This document shows positions 1 through 7,775 of a stretch of DNA of 26,917 nucleotides, in pieces. The translations under genes were made by a program, and so were the position numbers. Source of the DNA: a virus. Taxonomy: Duplodnaviria > Caudoviricetes. The notes under the pieces were generated by a model. The model made no database searches. It saw nothing but the letters and a program-made list of their open reading frames with translations, and had not been told where the DNA came from. The stretch covers positions 1 through 26,917 of IMG/VR virus record IMGVR_UViG_3300017761_001179; one strand, written 5' to 3'. Each line of letters begins with the position of its first letter. The first letter of the stretch is position 1.

Positions 1-1161
1 GGTATGGTCGTTGGAATATACAATCCAAGAAACTCCAAACTACTTGGTGGCGCACATGCATTCTCACGACAAGGTATAACTGCGTCATTCATGTATGGTG
101 GTGTAACTGGAGCAGAATATTACACCAGTGAAAACGATTATGTTGGATATGGTGTAACTGGTGAATCTTGCTTGGCATCAGTATCACAAGACGCTGATTC
201 ATATTACATCATAGTTTCACTATATCCTGCATCTGTTGATGAAAATGGAAATGCTGTAGATCCAACAGAAGAATTGGCTTATGCAGATACATTCCCTTGG
301 TATGGTGATGGTATTGCATGGGGTCCAATTCTAAATCTTACAAATTACACTTATGGTGATTTCACATATCTTACACAATCATATGATTCTTCATACTTGA
401 GATATGGTGAAGGATACTATGGTGTAACTGGTGAATCGCTTGATAATATTAAAAATGTAACTTTCCAATCTTGCTATTCTACCAGAAAGAACGGAACAGA
501 CCCAGTTGCCAGATTGTTTACACGAAATGTAAAATCTGCTAATGGTCTATGGAATAGAAACTGGGGTCTTTACAATACCATTCGTATGCTTTCTGCTGAT
601 AACGCAGATTACTTAAAATTGGATCGTTCTCCATATTTCACATCAGATGAGTTTGCATCGGGTACAGATATTACAGCAGTTCGTGCGGTAAAACTGTTTG
701 ACAATAATTCATACACAAATTCACACGGACTGACTGGAAACCCAAGTCAAATTACAGATTGGTATCTTCCAAGTCACGATGAACTAGCATTTATTGCGGC
801 AAATACAGTCAACGATTCAACAAATCCATATTATGGATTCAATGCAAATTCTTACCTGCTATCAAATGGTGGAGTTCCTTTATATGATTGGCACTGGTCT
901 TCAACTGGTTCCTTTGATATAACTTCAATAACTGAAGGTGTATATACTTCTGGAAAACCAGAACATGGTTCAGTTGCATGGGCAATGTATTTTGATTCTA
1001 ATGGTGATTCTACTAACTTTATGGTTAAGAAAGAAAGCAGAAGCACAGAACTTAAAGTTAGACCAATAAGAGCGTTGAGATGTGATGGGAAAATTCCAGC
1101 ATCTACAACTGAACAATATAAATTATGGAAGACTCCAAATCTTCTAAGGGATAATCAATAA
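1..1161 (+). CDS. C-terminal part (5'-truncated) of a large putative virion/adhesin protein with a DUF1566/Lcl-like (CLec-fold) C-terminal domain
   Basis: The frame is open from base 1 (GGT ATG GTC). GMVVGIY aligns with GIVAGFV and GLYVGVF, which are internal in the paralogues, so the ATG at 4 is probably not the start. Motifs DWYLPSHDEL, WHWSST, AWAMYF and KVRPIR are typical of DUF1566. Confidence 0.7.
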   Translation, partial: GMVVGIYNPRNSKLLGGAHAFSRQGITASFMYGGVTGAEYYTSENDYVGYGVTGESCLASVSQDADSYYIIVSLYPASVDENGNAVDPTEELAYADTFPWYGDGIAWGPILNLTNYTYGDFTYLTQSYDSSYLRYGEGYYGVTGESLDNIKNVTFQSCYSTRKNGTDPVARLFTRNVKSANGLWNRNWGLYNTIRMLSADNADYLKLDRSPYFTSDEFASGTDITAVRAVKLFDNNSYTNSHGLTGNPSQITDWYLPSHDELAFIAANTVNDSTNPYYGFNANSYLLSNGGVPLYDWHWSSTGSFDITSITEGVYTSGKPEHGSVAWAMYFDSNGDSTNFMVKKESRSTELKVRPIRALRCDGKIPASTTEQYKLWKTPNLLRDNQ

Positions 1162-4076
1162 TGATATTCGGTTCATCATCCATACCAAATAATCTAGTTT
1201 CTGCTGGTATAAATTATGTAACAGGCCCAACAGGACCTACAGGTCCTCGTGGAATAACTGGTTATTCTGTTACTGGACCAACTGGTGCAACTGGTATTCA
1301 ATTCGTTTCTGCGTTAATTCAGAACTACATTTTAGGTATAACATACGAAGGAAATACTTACTTCTCCTTTGGTGTTACTGCTCCAAAAGGATCTTCATAT
1401 AGAGATCCAAACCCAAACTTTAAAATTACATTTACTGGTTCATCTGATGTAGATGCCGTAAGCATATTTGGTGGCTTCTCAGCAACTAATCCATATTCAT
1501 TAAACTTCAAAACTATAAAATTAGTTGGTGAAATAACTGGTGGTATTAGTTTAGATTCATTCTATCTTGTAACTCCGGGTACAACAAATGCTGCCGTTGG
1601 AAAAACTGGTAGTTTGTTGTACATCACCGATGCAGGATTTGGTCAGAAAATAGATGCAACTAATGATTTAAACACAAACTATTACAGATCTAAAATTACT
1701 CCAGTCGCCGGAAGTTTATTTGGTACAACATTAGATACATTTCGATTTAAAGTAAGCCAAGATTATACAACCGGGTTTACATTTGATATTATTAATAATA
1801 TAAATTGGATCAATACAACAACTCAGGCAGATGTTTCTTCATATTTAAATACAATTAACGCTGGTTATTCAACTGTTCAGAATACATCAAATGTATTTAA
1901 CAGAACTGATCAGGGCGTTTTCATAACAGTAACAGACTCTGCAAAAAATGTATATCCAAAACTGTCATTCCGTGCAGAAGGAATTACAATTGGTGGTAAT
2001 GGAACTGGTCCTGTTCAAATAGATGTGGTTGGTAAGGGAATAACATATTCCACCGAAACATATAAGAGTTCAATCATTGGTTCGTGCTGCTATTGCAGTA
2101 AAGATGCGAATGACACAAACAGTACGGTTCATCGTTCATGCTTAGATTATGCATCACAAGAGTTCTGTGAATCTATAAGTGGTAATTTTAGTTTCAAGTC
2201 ATGCAATGAAAGATATCTAACTGGTGATTGCTATTCTGGTGGATCTTGCTGTGTGAATGGTGTTTGTTTAGAAACCAACCAAGAACTTTGTTCTAAAGTA
2301 TATGGCAAATTCTATCCAAATGTAAAATGCAATCAACTCGAAGAAGGATGCCCAAGTAATTGTCCTCTCGATGCATCTTGCTGCGTAAATGGTATTTGCT
2401 ACTCTCTACCAAACAGTTCTGCTTCACAAGATCTATGTAATGAACTTAAAGGAAAGTACGAAGTAAAACCGTGTGGTGAAAGAAATTGCTGTATCGACGG
2501 ATTCTTGGGTGCGTGTTGCATTGGTGCAGACGATTGCAGAGATGACATCACACCAAGAGATTGCTTAACTCTTGGTGGTGTGTTCCAAGGACCAGGAAGC
2601 ATTTGTTCTTCCTCACAGTGCTGCAAAGACTCGGAGAATGCTCCAAACTTCCGTTTTGCTGCTGTTGCAACAGATGCGGGAGCATCAATTCCAGCCGGAT
2701 TAAAGATTGGTGATTATTTCCAAGGTGGAATTGTGGCTGGATTTGTTGGCTATCCAGCACCAGTTGGTTTCAATACTGATGGTTATTTTGCCAAAGGTGA
2801 AGTAATCTCAGAGATAGAAAATTACACAACAGCGACCATTAAGAGATATGTCCCAGTAAATGGTGTTTATAATGGATCTATAAAGTGCAACTGCTCTAAC
2901 TTCTCACCATCTCGTTATGTTGATCTCAGTGCGTTGAGTAAGAGCGGTGGTAAGGTATATGTCACAGATGTTAAGTCGTTATCTGGTGTAGTAGATAAAG
3001 TCAATCTCACATTCTATAACAGACTAACCGATGCTTGCCTGCTTGATGAAGGAAAAGCATGTAATGATAATGGACCAGAGTATAAGAAGTATGGATTTAA
3101 TCCAGCACTTGCATATAAACAATATGCATCTCAAGTCTATGGATCGGACATTCCAAGCGCATGGATATTGGTTGTAGCACCAGAAGAATTCACTACAGAT
3201 AATGTTTCTTTTGGTATGAGCATGTCTGTCAATGGTTTCAGCACACCAAGTGGGTTTGAAAACTATAGCAATTCTTTATGGCAGAACAATGTTCTTGCTC
3301 CGTATGGAACCACAGTATTTGATGGATTGCTAAACACAAGACTATTTGATGAAACATCTATCGAAAGAAATACATGGTTCATTGCAAGTAACTACACTCT
3401 AAATGGCAAACTAGAAACCATAGATCCGCTTGCATATCAGAGATTCAGTCATAGCAGACTTTCATATTGGCAATCAACAATTGATCAAAGTCAAATTGGT
3501 AGAAACTCCGAATACTTTAAGTCCAAGTATACCGAAATGTGGTATGCAGTAAACACAGAAAACACTGCTCTATACCATATCAGTAACAAGAATAAAGAGT
3601 CATACAATGGATATTCCGATTGGTATATTCCAAGCGCACTTGAATTGAACATCATGTATTACAACATGGATGCAATTAATGCCGGTTTAATTTATAATGC
3701 AACAACTGGTTGGACGACTCTATCTGCATCTAAGTATTGGTCTTCCACTACTGGTGGTAGACTATTAGATTCTAAAACACTTCAAACTGGTGAATATGGT
3801 ATGAAGACATATGATCCTCAAAACAATGCACTAGAGGGAATAGTTACTATTGGAGATCCACTAACTGATACTTGGAGAAAGTACAAACTCGCTCAAGCAC
3901 ATAGAGCATATACTCAAGATTTTAGCACAGGTAAGATGATTTCTTCGCTAAAGTCATCTTCTACAGCCAAACTCAGGGCATGTCGCATGGTTCCTATATA
4001 CTTTAAAAACAAGGATTTCAAAAACCAATTCGAATATAGTTTTAAATCCTTGTACACATGTTCTTCCTGTAGATGA
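1161..4076 (+). CDS. 971-aa modular putative tail-fibre/adhesin protein: N-terminal GPT/GAT collagen-like tract, four Cys-rich G[AS]CC repeats, DUF1566/Lcl-like C-terminal domain
   Basis: GPTGPTGPRGITG..GPTGATG at the N-terminus; GSCC/GSCC/ASCC/GACC repeats; LKIGDYFQGG..ILVVAP..DGLLNT..YNGYSDWYIPSALEL..YWSST..KLRACR. Translationally coupled to the upstream gene (TAATG). Virion role inferred from position upstream of the neck genes. Confidence 0.7.
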   Translation: MIFGSSSIPNNLVSAGINYVTGPTGPTGPRGITGYSVTGPTGATGIQFVSALIQNYILGITYEGNTYFSFGVTAPKGSSYRDPNPNFKITFTGSSDVDAVSIFGGFSATNPYSLNFKTIKLVGEITGGISLDSFYLVTPGTTNAAVGKTGSLLYITDAGFGQKIDATNDLNTNYYRSKITPVAGSLFGTTLDTFRFKVSQDYTTGFTFDIINNINWINTTTQADVSSYLNTINAGYSTVQNTSNVFNRTDQGVFITVTDSAKNVYPKLSFRAEGITIGGNGTGPVQIDVVGKGITYSTETYKSSIIGSCCYCSKDANDTNSTVHRSCLDYASQEFCESISGNFSFKSCNERYLTGDCYSGGSCCVNGVCLETNQELCSKVYGKFYPNVKCNQLEEGCPSNCPLDASCCVNGICYSLPNSSASQDLCNELKGKYEVKPCGERNCCIDGFLGACCIGADDCRDDITPRDCLTLGGVFQGPGSICSSSQCCKDSENAPNFRFAAVATDAGASIPAGLKIGDYFQGGIVAGFVGYPAPVGFNTDGYFAKGEVISEIENYTTATIKRYVPVNGVYNGSIKCNCSNFSPSRYVDLSALSKSGGKVYVTDVKSLSGVVDKVNLTFYNRLTDACLLDEGKACNDNGPEYKKYGFNPALAYKQYASQVYGSDIPSAWILVVAPEEFTTDNVSFGMSMSVNGFSTPSGFENYSNSLWQNNVLAPYGTTVFDGLLNTRLFDETSIERNTWFIASNYTLNGKLETIDPLAYQRFSHSRLSYWQSTIDQSQIGRNSEYFKSKYTEMWYAVNTENTALYHISNKNKESYNGYSDWYIPSALELNIMYYNMDAINAGLIYNATTGWTTLSASKYWSSTTGGRLLDSKTLQTGEYGMKTYDPQNNALEGIVTIGDPLTDTWRKYKLAQAHRAYTQDFSTGKMISSLKSSSTAKLRACRMVPIYFKNKDFKNQFEYSFKSLYTCSSCR
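1224..1295 (+). repeat. Short G-X-T collagen-like tract (GPTGPTGPRGITG...GPTGATG)
   Basis: Read directly from the translation; interrupted and short. Confidence 0.7.
2079..2624 (+). repeat. Four Cys-rich protein repeats, approximately G[AS]CC-x(4-17)-C-x(7-12)-C-xxx-xG-x-[FY]-x(3-6)-C
   Basis: GSCCYC..SCLDYASQEFCESISGNFSFKSC; GSCCVNGVCLETNQELCSKVYGKFYPNVKC; ASCCVNGICY..QDLCNELKGKYEVKPC; GACCIGADDCRDDITPRDCLTLGGVFQGPGSIC. Confidence 0.85.
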
Positions 4077-4087
4077 GAGAGTAATTA

Positions 4088-7000
4088 ATGTCAAATAATA
4101 TCGGTTATAGTTCAATATATCCGGCTTCTGGAGCAGGTTCTGCTGGACCAGTAGGACCGATAGGAATCACAGGACCAGCACAAACCATTCGTGGTGCAAC
4201 TGGTGCTACAGGACTAGACTCTAATTATATAACTCAAGTAGTTGTTGCTGAAGATGGTACTGTTCAACTAATACTGTCTGATGGAACTTCTACTTCTGCT
4301 GGAATCCTACAGGGGGCAACCGGAGTATATGCCGGATTGACTGCTACTTCTGTTGGTGGTGGATATGCCATATTAAAGGGTGTCTGTGGTGGTATAACCC
4401 TAGATTTCTACAACTTCAGAACTAGTGGTTTACTTGGTTTGACTTATGATGTAGATGGGACTCTACGGTTCACTATTTCTGCTAATACAACTGCTGGTGG
4501 TATTTCTGCTTCTACCGAAAATAATAGAATCGTGTATGTCAAAGAAAAGACATACATCATGTCTACAGATTTGATTCCAGAATCAACAACCGTTGCAACT
4601 AGAATTGGTAATTCTCACTATGGATATGTAAATTTTGGTGGTGAGACAGCAGGAAGAAATGTGGTTGCTGATATTACTGATTCTATTCTTTCCGTTGGAC
4701 CAATCCAACGCGGTGAGAAAATTATAACACTAGATGACTTCTATGATGTCGATACAGATGGTATCACATTAGATGTTTCTAGAGCCACAGTTTATCAAAT
4801 AACAACTCCAATTGGTATAAAGGGTTTCAGATACGATACAATTCCAACCGGGCAGATTATGTCTGTCACTTTGGTTGTAGAAGGTGACGATGTTTGGAAT
4901 TTCCCAACAGATGTTGTGTTTGATGCAGAAAGTAAGCCAATCTTCTATCCCGGAACAAATATTCTTCACATGTGGAGAACGAATTCTGATTCTGTATGGA
5001 GAGCCAATTTTACTGCTCGCGGCTTTGGTGTCACAGAAGTAATTAATCCCGGTGTTCGTGGATCTTGTTGCTATATTGACATAGATGGAACTAAATACTG
5101 CGAAGATTATGTTACTCAATCATACTGCGATGAGCGAGAAGGAACATTTGAGGGTTTAGTTCCCTGCAATAAAAATTCATGCATAGTAAATAACACTGGA
5201 AAAGATTATGATGGTGTTTGCTGCTCAGAAGGCAGATGTATTTCTGATATAGATCCAAATCTCTGTCAAACAGTCGGTGGTTATTTTATATCAGGAATAA
5301 CATGTGGTGAAGTTGGATTGTACCCCGATGAGGATGCAGAAAACTATTCAGATCCAGAATCAGATCCAGAAGGAGATAAATCTGGTCTATGCTATAACCA
5401 ATGCAAGACACCAACAATTTGCTGTAGAGATGGTGAATGTTTAGGTAATCTAACACAGGAACATTGTGAATATCTTGGTGGCAAAATTGTATTTGCTGCT
5501 AATTGCTTCGAAGCATCTTGCTGTGATCATATTAAAGCACCCGGCGCATGTTGTAAACAAAATGGGGAATCGTATACTTGTACTGATGTAGAAACACCAT
5601 TTGATTGCAACGAGAGTGGTGGTATTTACATGGGTAAGAACACAAATTGTTCTGCAATTAATTGTGATTGTAATTCTAAACCAAATCAATGCTATAGATG
5701 TACTAGAGGAGGAAATGGTTGTAATTGTTCACCAGTGACACCAGATCCCGGTCAGTCGTGTTCTGATCTTGGATATTATTCTGATTCTTCATGTAATAAT
5801 GAATGCAATCCAGTATCATGCCATACATGTGATGGTTCAGATTGTACTCCAATAGAAACTTGTATATCTTGTTCTGGCTATTCATCTGGAAGTTGCGCTG
5901 GATCTCCATGTGCAACAAAAACTTGCTATAAACCATGTAATCAATCTAACACATGTGAATCTATAGATGGAAATCCAATAGATTCGTCATGTTCACAAAG
6001 CAATCCAGATTATCCAAATGAAACATGCGAATGTACTTCTGTTCCTGAAAACTATACTGCATGTTTTTGGTGCTTCCCTGATACCACAATTAATCCACAC
6101 ACACCAGGCACTATAGAATGGCTCAATCATGCATCACATGCAGGACAAGCACCGTATCGAGCAGTATTTTTAGTATCAGAGGAAGATAACACAAAATTAA
6201 CTGATTCAATGATTGGGACTACTTCACTAAGTTTTACTCTCCCACACCCAAAATTTGGAACGGTGACGGTACAAAAAGATCAACTGAATTTTCCTAACCG
6301 ATCATCTTATTATATTGAAGACTGGTCTACCAGATCAGCAGGAACTGATATTGTTCCTACTGGTCTTTCTGTTGTCGCTGGAACAAAAGCAGGTGTTCTT
6401 AGTGTTTCTGGAAAATTCTATTGTTCATTTGTTGGTTCTTATGCTTCAACAAATGATTCAAATCAAAATAAAATAAGTTGTTTGGAACGATTTGGATATA
6501 CAACAGACGGAGAAAAAGAAAAATGCAAACTATGTGATCCTATACCAGAAATTAAATATAAAACAAGATTTGACAGTGGCAACACAATAACACTGAATAA
6601 ATTTGAACCATATTATGCTGAACTTAATAGTGGTTTACGAGCCCCGTTTCCACCAATCTGGGGAAGAATAACATATGTAAAAGATTACATATCATGTAGA
6701 AACGGAAAATTCTTAAAAGAAACAAGCAATCTATCATTATTATCTGATGCAGATATAAGACCAATGATTAATGAATTTTATGGTGGTTCAGGAAAATATT
6801 GGTGGTATAGTGCATATTATGATCGGTTTTATTCAACACCGAATCAATCTGGACCATCGAAAAATATTTCCAGATCATCTATGAGAAAAGCAATGCAGTT
6901 TCAGGTAGGAACAAACTTCCCTGCTGATCTCCAATCTATTGCTGTAGATGCCAATCCAACAGAACCATGTATAACACCAGATTCGGTCTATCTTGAATAC

Positions 7001-7774
7001 GATCCATATAAAGTAGGACTACAAAACTATTATGGTGCTGCATATGGATCAAATGATCTCCCGGATGAAGCGTCATGTACATTGAAGGGATATTATTTAC
7101 CATCTAGCGTTAGTTGGACATCATCAATAGGATTACCACCACCGGGTGGTGCATTGCAACAACAATTAGGACTTTCATACTTCTATCCACCAGAAGATGG
7201 ACCGGTTTCGCAAACAACTGCAAATCTACAATCTGTTGGTGAAATGTATTTTAAACTTCCCCAAGCAACTGATAGTAATTTATTACAACGAGGTATATTG
7301 GGAAGAAATCTTCGATATAATTTTGACGCTTATAGAACTGCAACTGTTTTCTATGATCCGCCTGCATCTATTAATCCGGGTCGGCAGACTATGGGTTTCA
7401 GCGATGTTGTTGCGATTCCCATTTCATATCAATCCGGTTGGGATTCTGGTGGTTCGGAACCAGAATGTGGTGCAGGATGTGTTAACCCACAATGTTGCCC
7501 ACCAAATTGTCTATTGCCAGATGGTGGCTGTAGGGCTCCATGTCTGGGAGTAAGTGATGGTGCGGGTGGAAGCGAAGATGCAGGAGCATGGATTTTAGAA
7601 GGTGGTTGGATTGCTCCATCTAGTATGACAACACCAGATTCCCCCGGAACTGGTTCTCCATTTAGAATCCAAAGAGATCAAACAAGTAACACATTGGCTA
7701 AGGCTGTTAAAATCGCAGATGGTATATGTGTAGATATGTTATGCCCCGATTGTTATAACTACGAAAGTTGCTAA
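4088..7774 (+). CDS. 1228-aa very Cys-rich modular putative virion fibre/decoration protein (collagen-like N-terminus, phage-tail-type beta domain, G[AS]CC repeats, second Cys repeat type, Cys-rich C-terminus; no DUF1566 motif)
   Basis: GPVGPIGITG..GATGATG; ITLDVSRATVYQIT..SVTLVV..WNFPTDVVF..NILHMW..VWRANF resembles a small domain common in aquatic phage structural proteins; dense Cys region 5060-6073; ends CVDMLCPDCYNYESC. Confidence 0.65.
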   Translation: MSNNIGYSSIYPASGAGSAGPVGPIGITGPAQTIRGATGATGLDSNYITQVVVAEDGTVQLILSDGTSTSAGILQGATGVYAGLTATSVGGGYAILKGVCGGITLDFYNFRTSGLLGLTYDVDGTLRFTISANTTAGGISASTENNRIVYVKEKTYIMSTDLIPESTTVATRIGNSHYGYVNFGGETAGRNVVADITDSILSVGPIQRGEKIITLDDFYDVDTDGITLDVSRATVYQITTPIGIKGFRYDTIPTGQIMSVTLVVEGDDVWNFPTDVVFDAESKPIFYPGTNILHMWRTNSDSVWRANFTARGFGVTEVINPGVRGSCCYIDIDGTKYCEDYVTQSYCDEREGTFEGLVPCNKNSCIVNNTGKDYDGVCCSEGRCISDIDPNLCQTVGGYFISGITCGEVGLYPDEDAENYSDPESDPEGDKSGLCYNQCKTPTICCRDGECLGNLTQEHCEYLGGKIVFAANCFEASCCDHIKAPGACCKQNGESYTCTDVETPFDCNESGGIYMGKNTNCSAINCDCNSKPNQCYRCTRGGNGCNCSPVTPDPGQSCSDLGYYSDSSCNNECNPVSCHTCDGSDCTPIETCISCSGYSSGSCAGSPCATKTCYKPCNQSNTCESIDGNPIDSSCSQSNPDYPNETCECTSVPENYTACFWCFPDTTINPHTPGTIEWLNHASHAGQAPYRAVFLVSEEDNTKLTDSMIGTTSLSFTLPHPKFGTVTVQKDQLNFPNRSSYYIEDWSTRSAGTDIVPTGLSVVAGTKAGVLSVSGKFYCSFVGSYASTNDSNQNKISCLERFGYTTDGEKEKCKLCDPIPEIKYKTRFDSGNTITLNKFEPYYAELNSGLRAPFPPIWGRITYVKDYISCRNGKFLKETSNLSLLSDADIRPMINEFYGGSGKYWWYSAYYDRFYSTPNQSGPSKNISRSSMRKAMQFQVGTNFPADLQSIAVDANPTEPCITPDSVYLEYDPYKVGLQNYYGAAYGSNDLPDEASCTLKGYYLPSSVSWTSSIGLPPPGGALQQQLGLSYFYPPEDGPVSQTTANLQSVGEMYFKLPQATDSNLLQRGILGRNLRYNFDAYRTATVFYDPPASINPGRQTMGFSDVVAIPISYQSGWDSGGSEPECGAGCVNPQCCPPNCLLPDGGCRAPCLGVSDGAGGSEDAGAWILEGGWIAPSSMTTPDSPGTGSPFRIQRDQTSNTLAKAVKIADGICVDMLCPDCYNYESC
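5060..6073 (+). repeat. Cys-rich repeat block: four G[ASV]CC-type units followed by 3-4 units of a C[YHF]xC-type repeat
   Basis: GSCCYID.., GVCCSEGRC.., TICCRDGEC.., GACCKQNG..; then CYRC.., CHTC.., CYKPC.., CFWC. Confidence 0.8.
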
Positions 7775-7775
7775 T

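Noticed and set aside
4-6. ATG at 4 as the true start of ORF1
   Set aside because: The frame is open to base 1 and the sequence corresponds to an internal motif of the paralogues.
1224-4213. True long collagen triple helices in ORF2 and ORF3
   Set aside because: The G-X-Y tracts are only a few uninterrupted triplets, so they are reported as collagen-like only.
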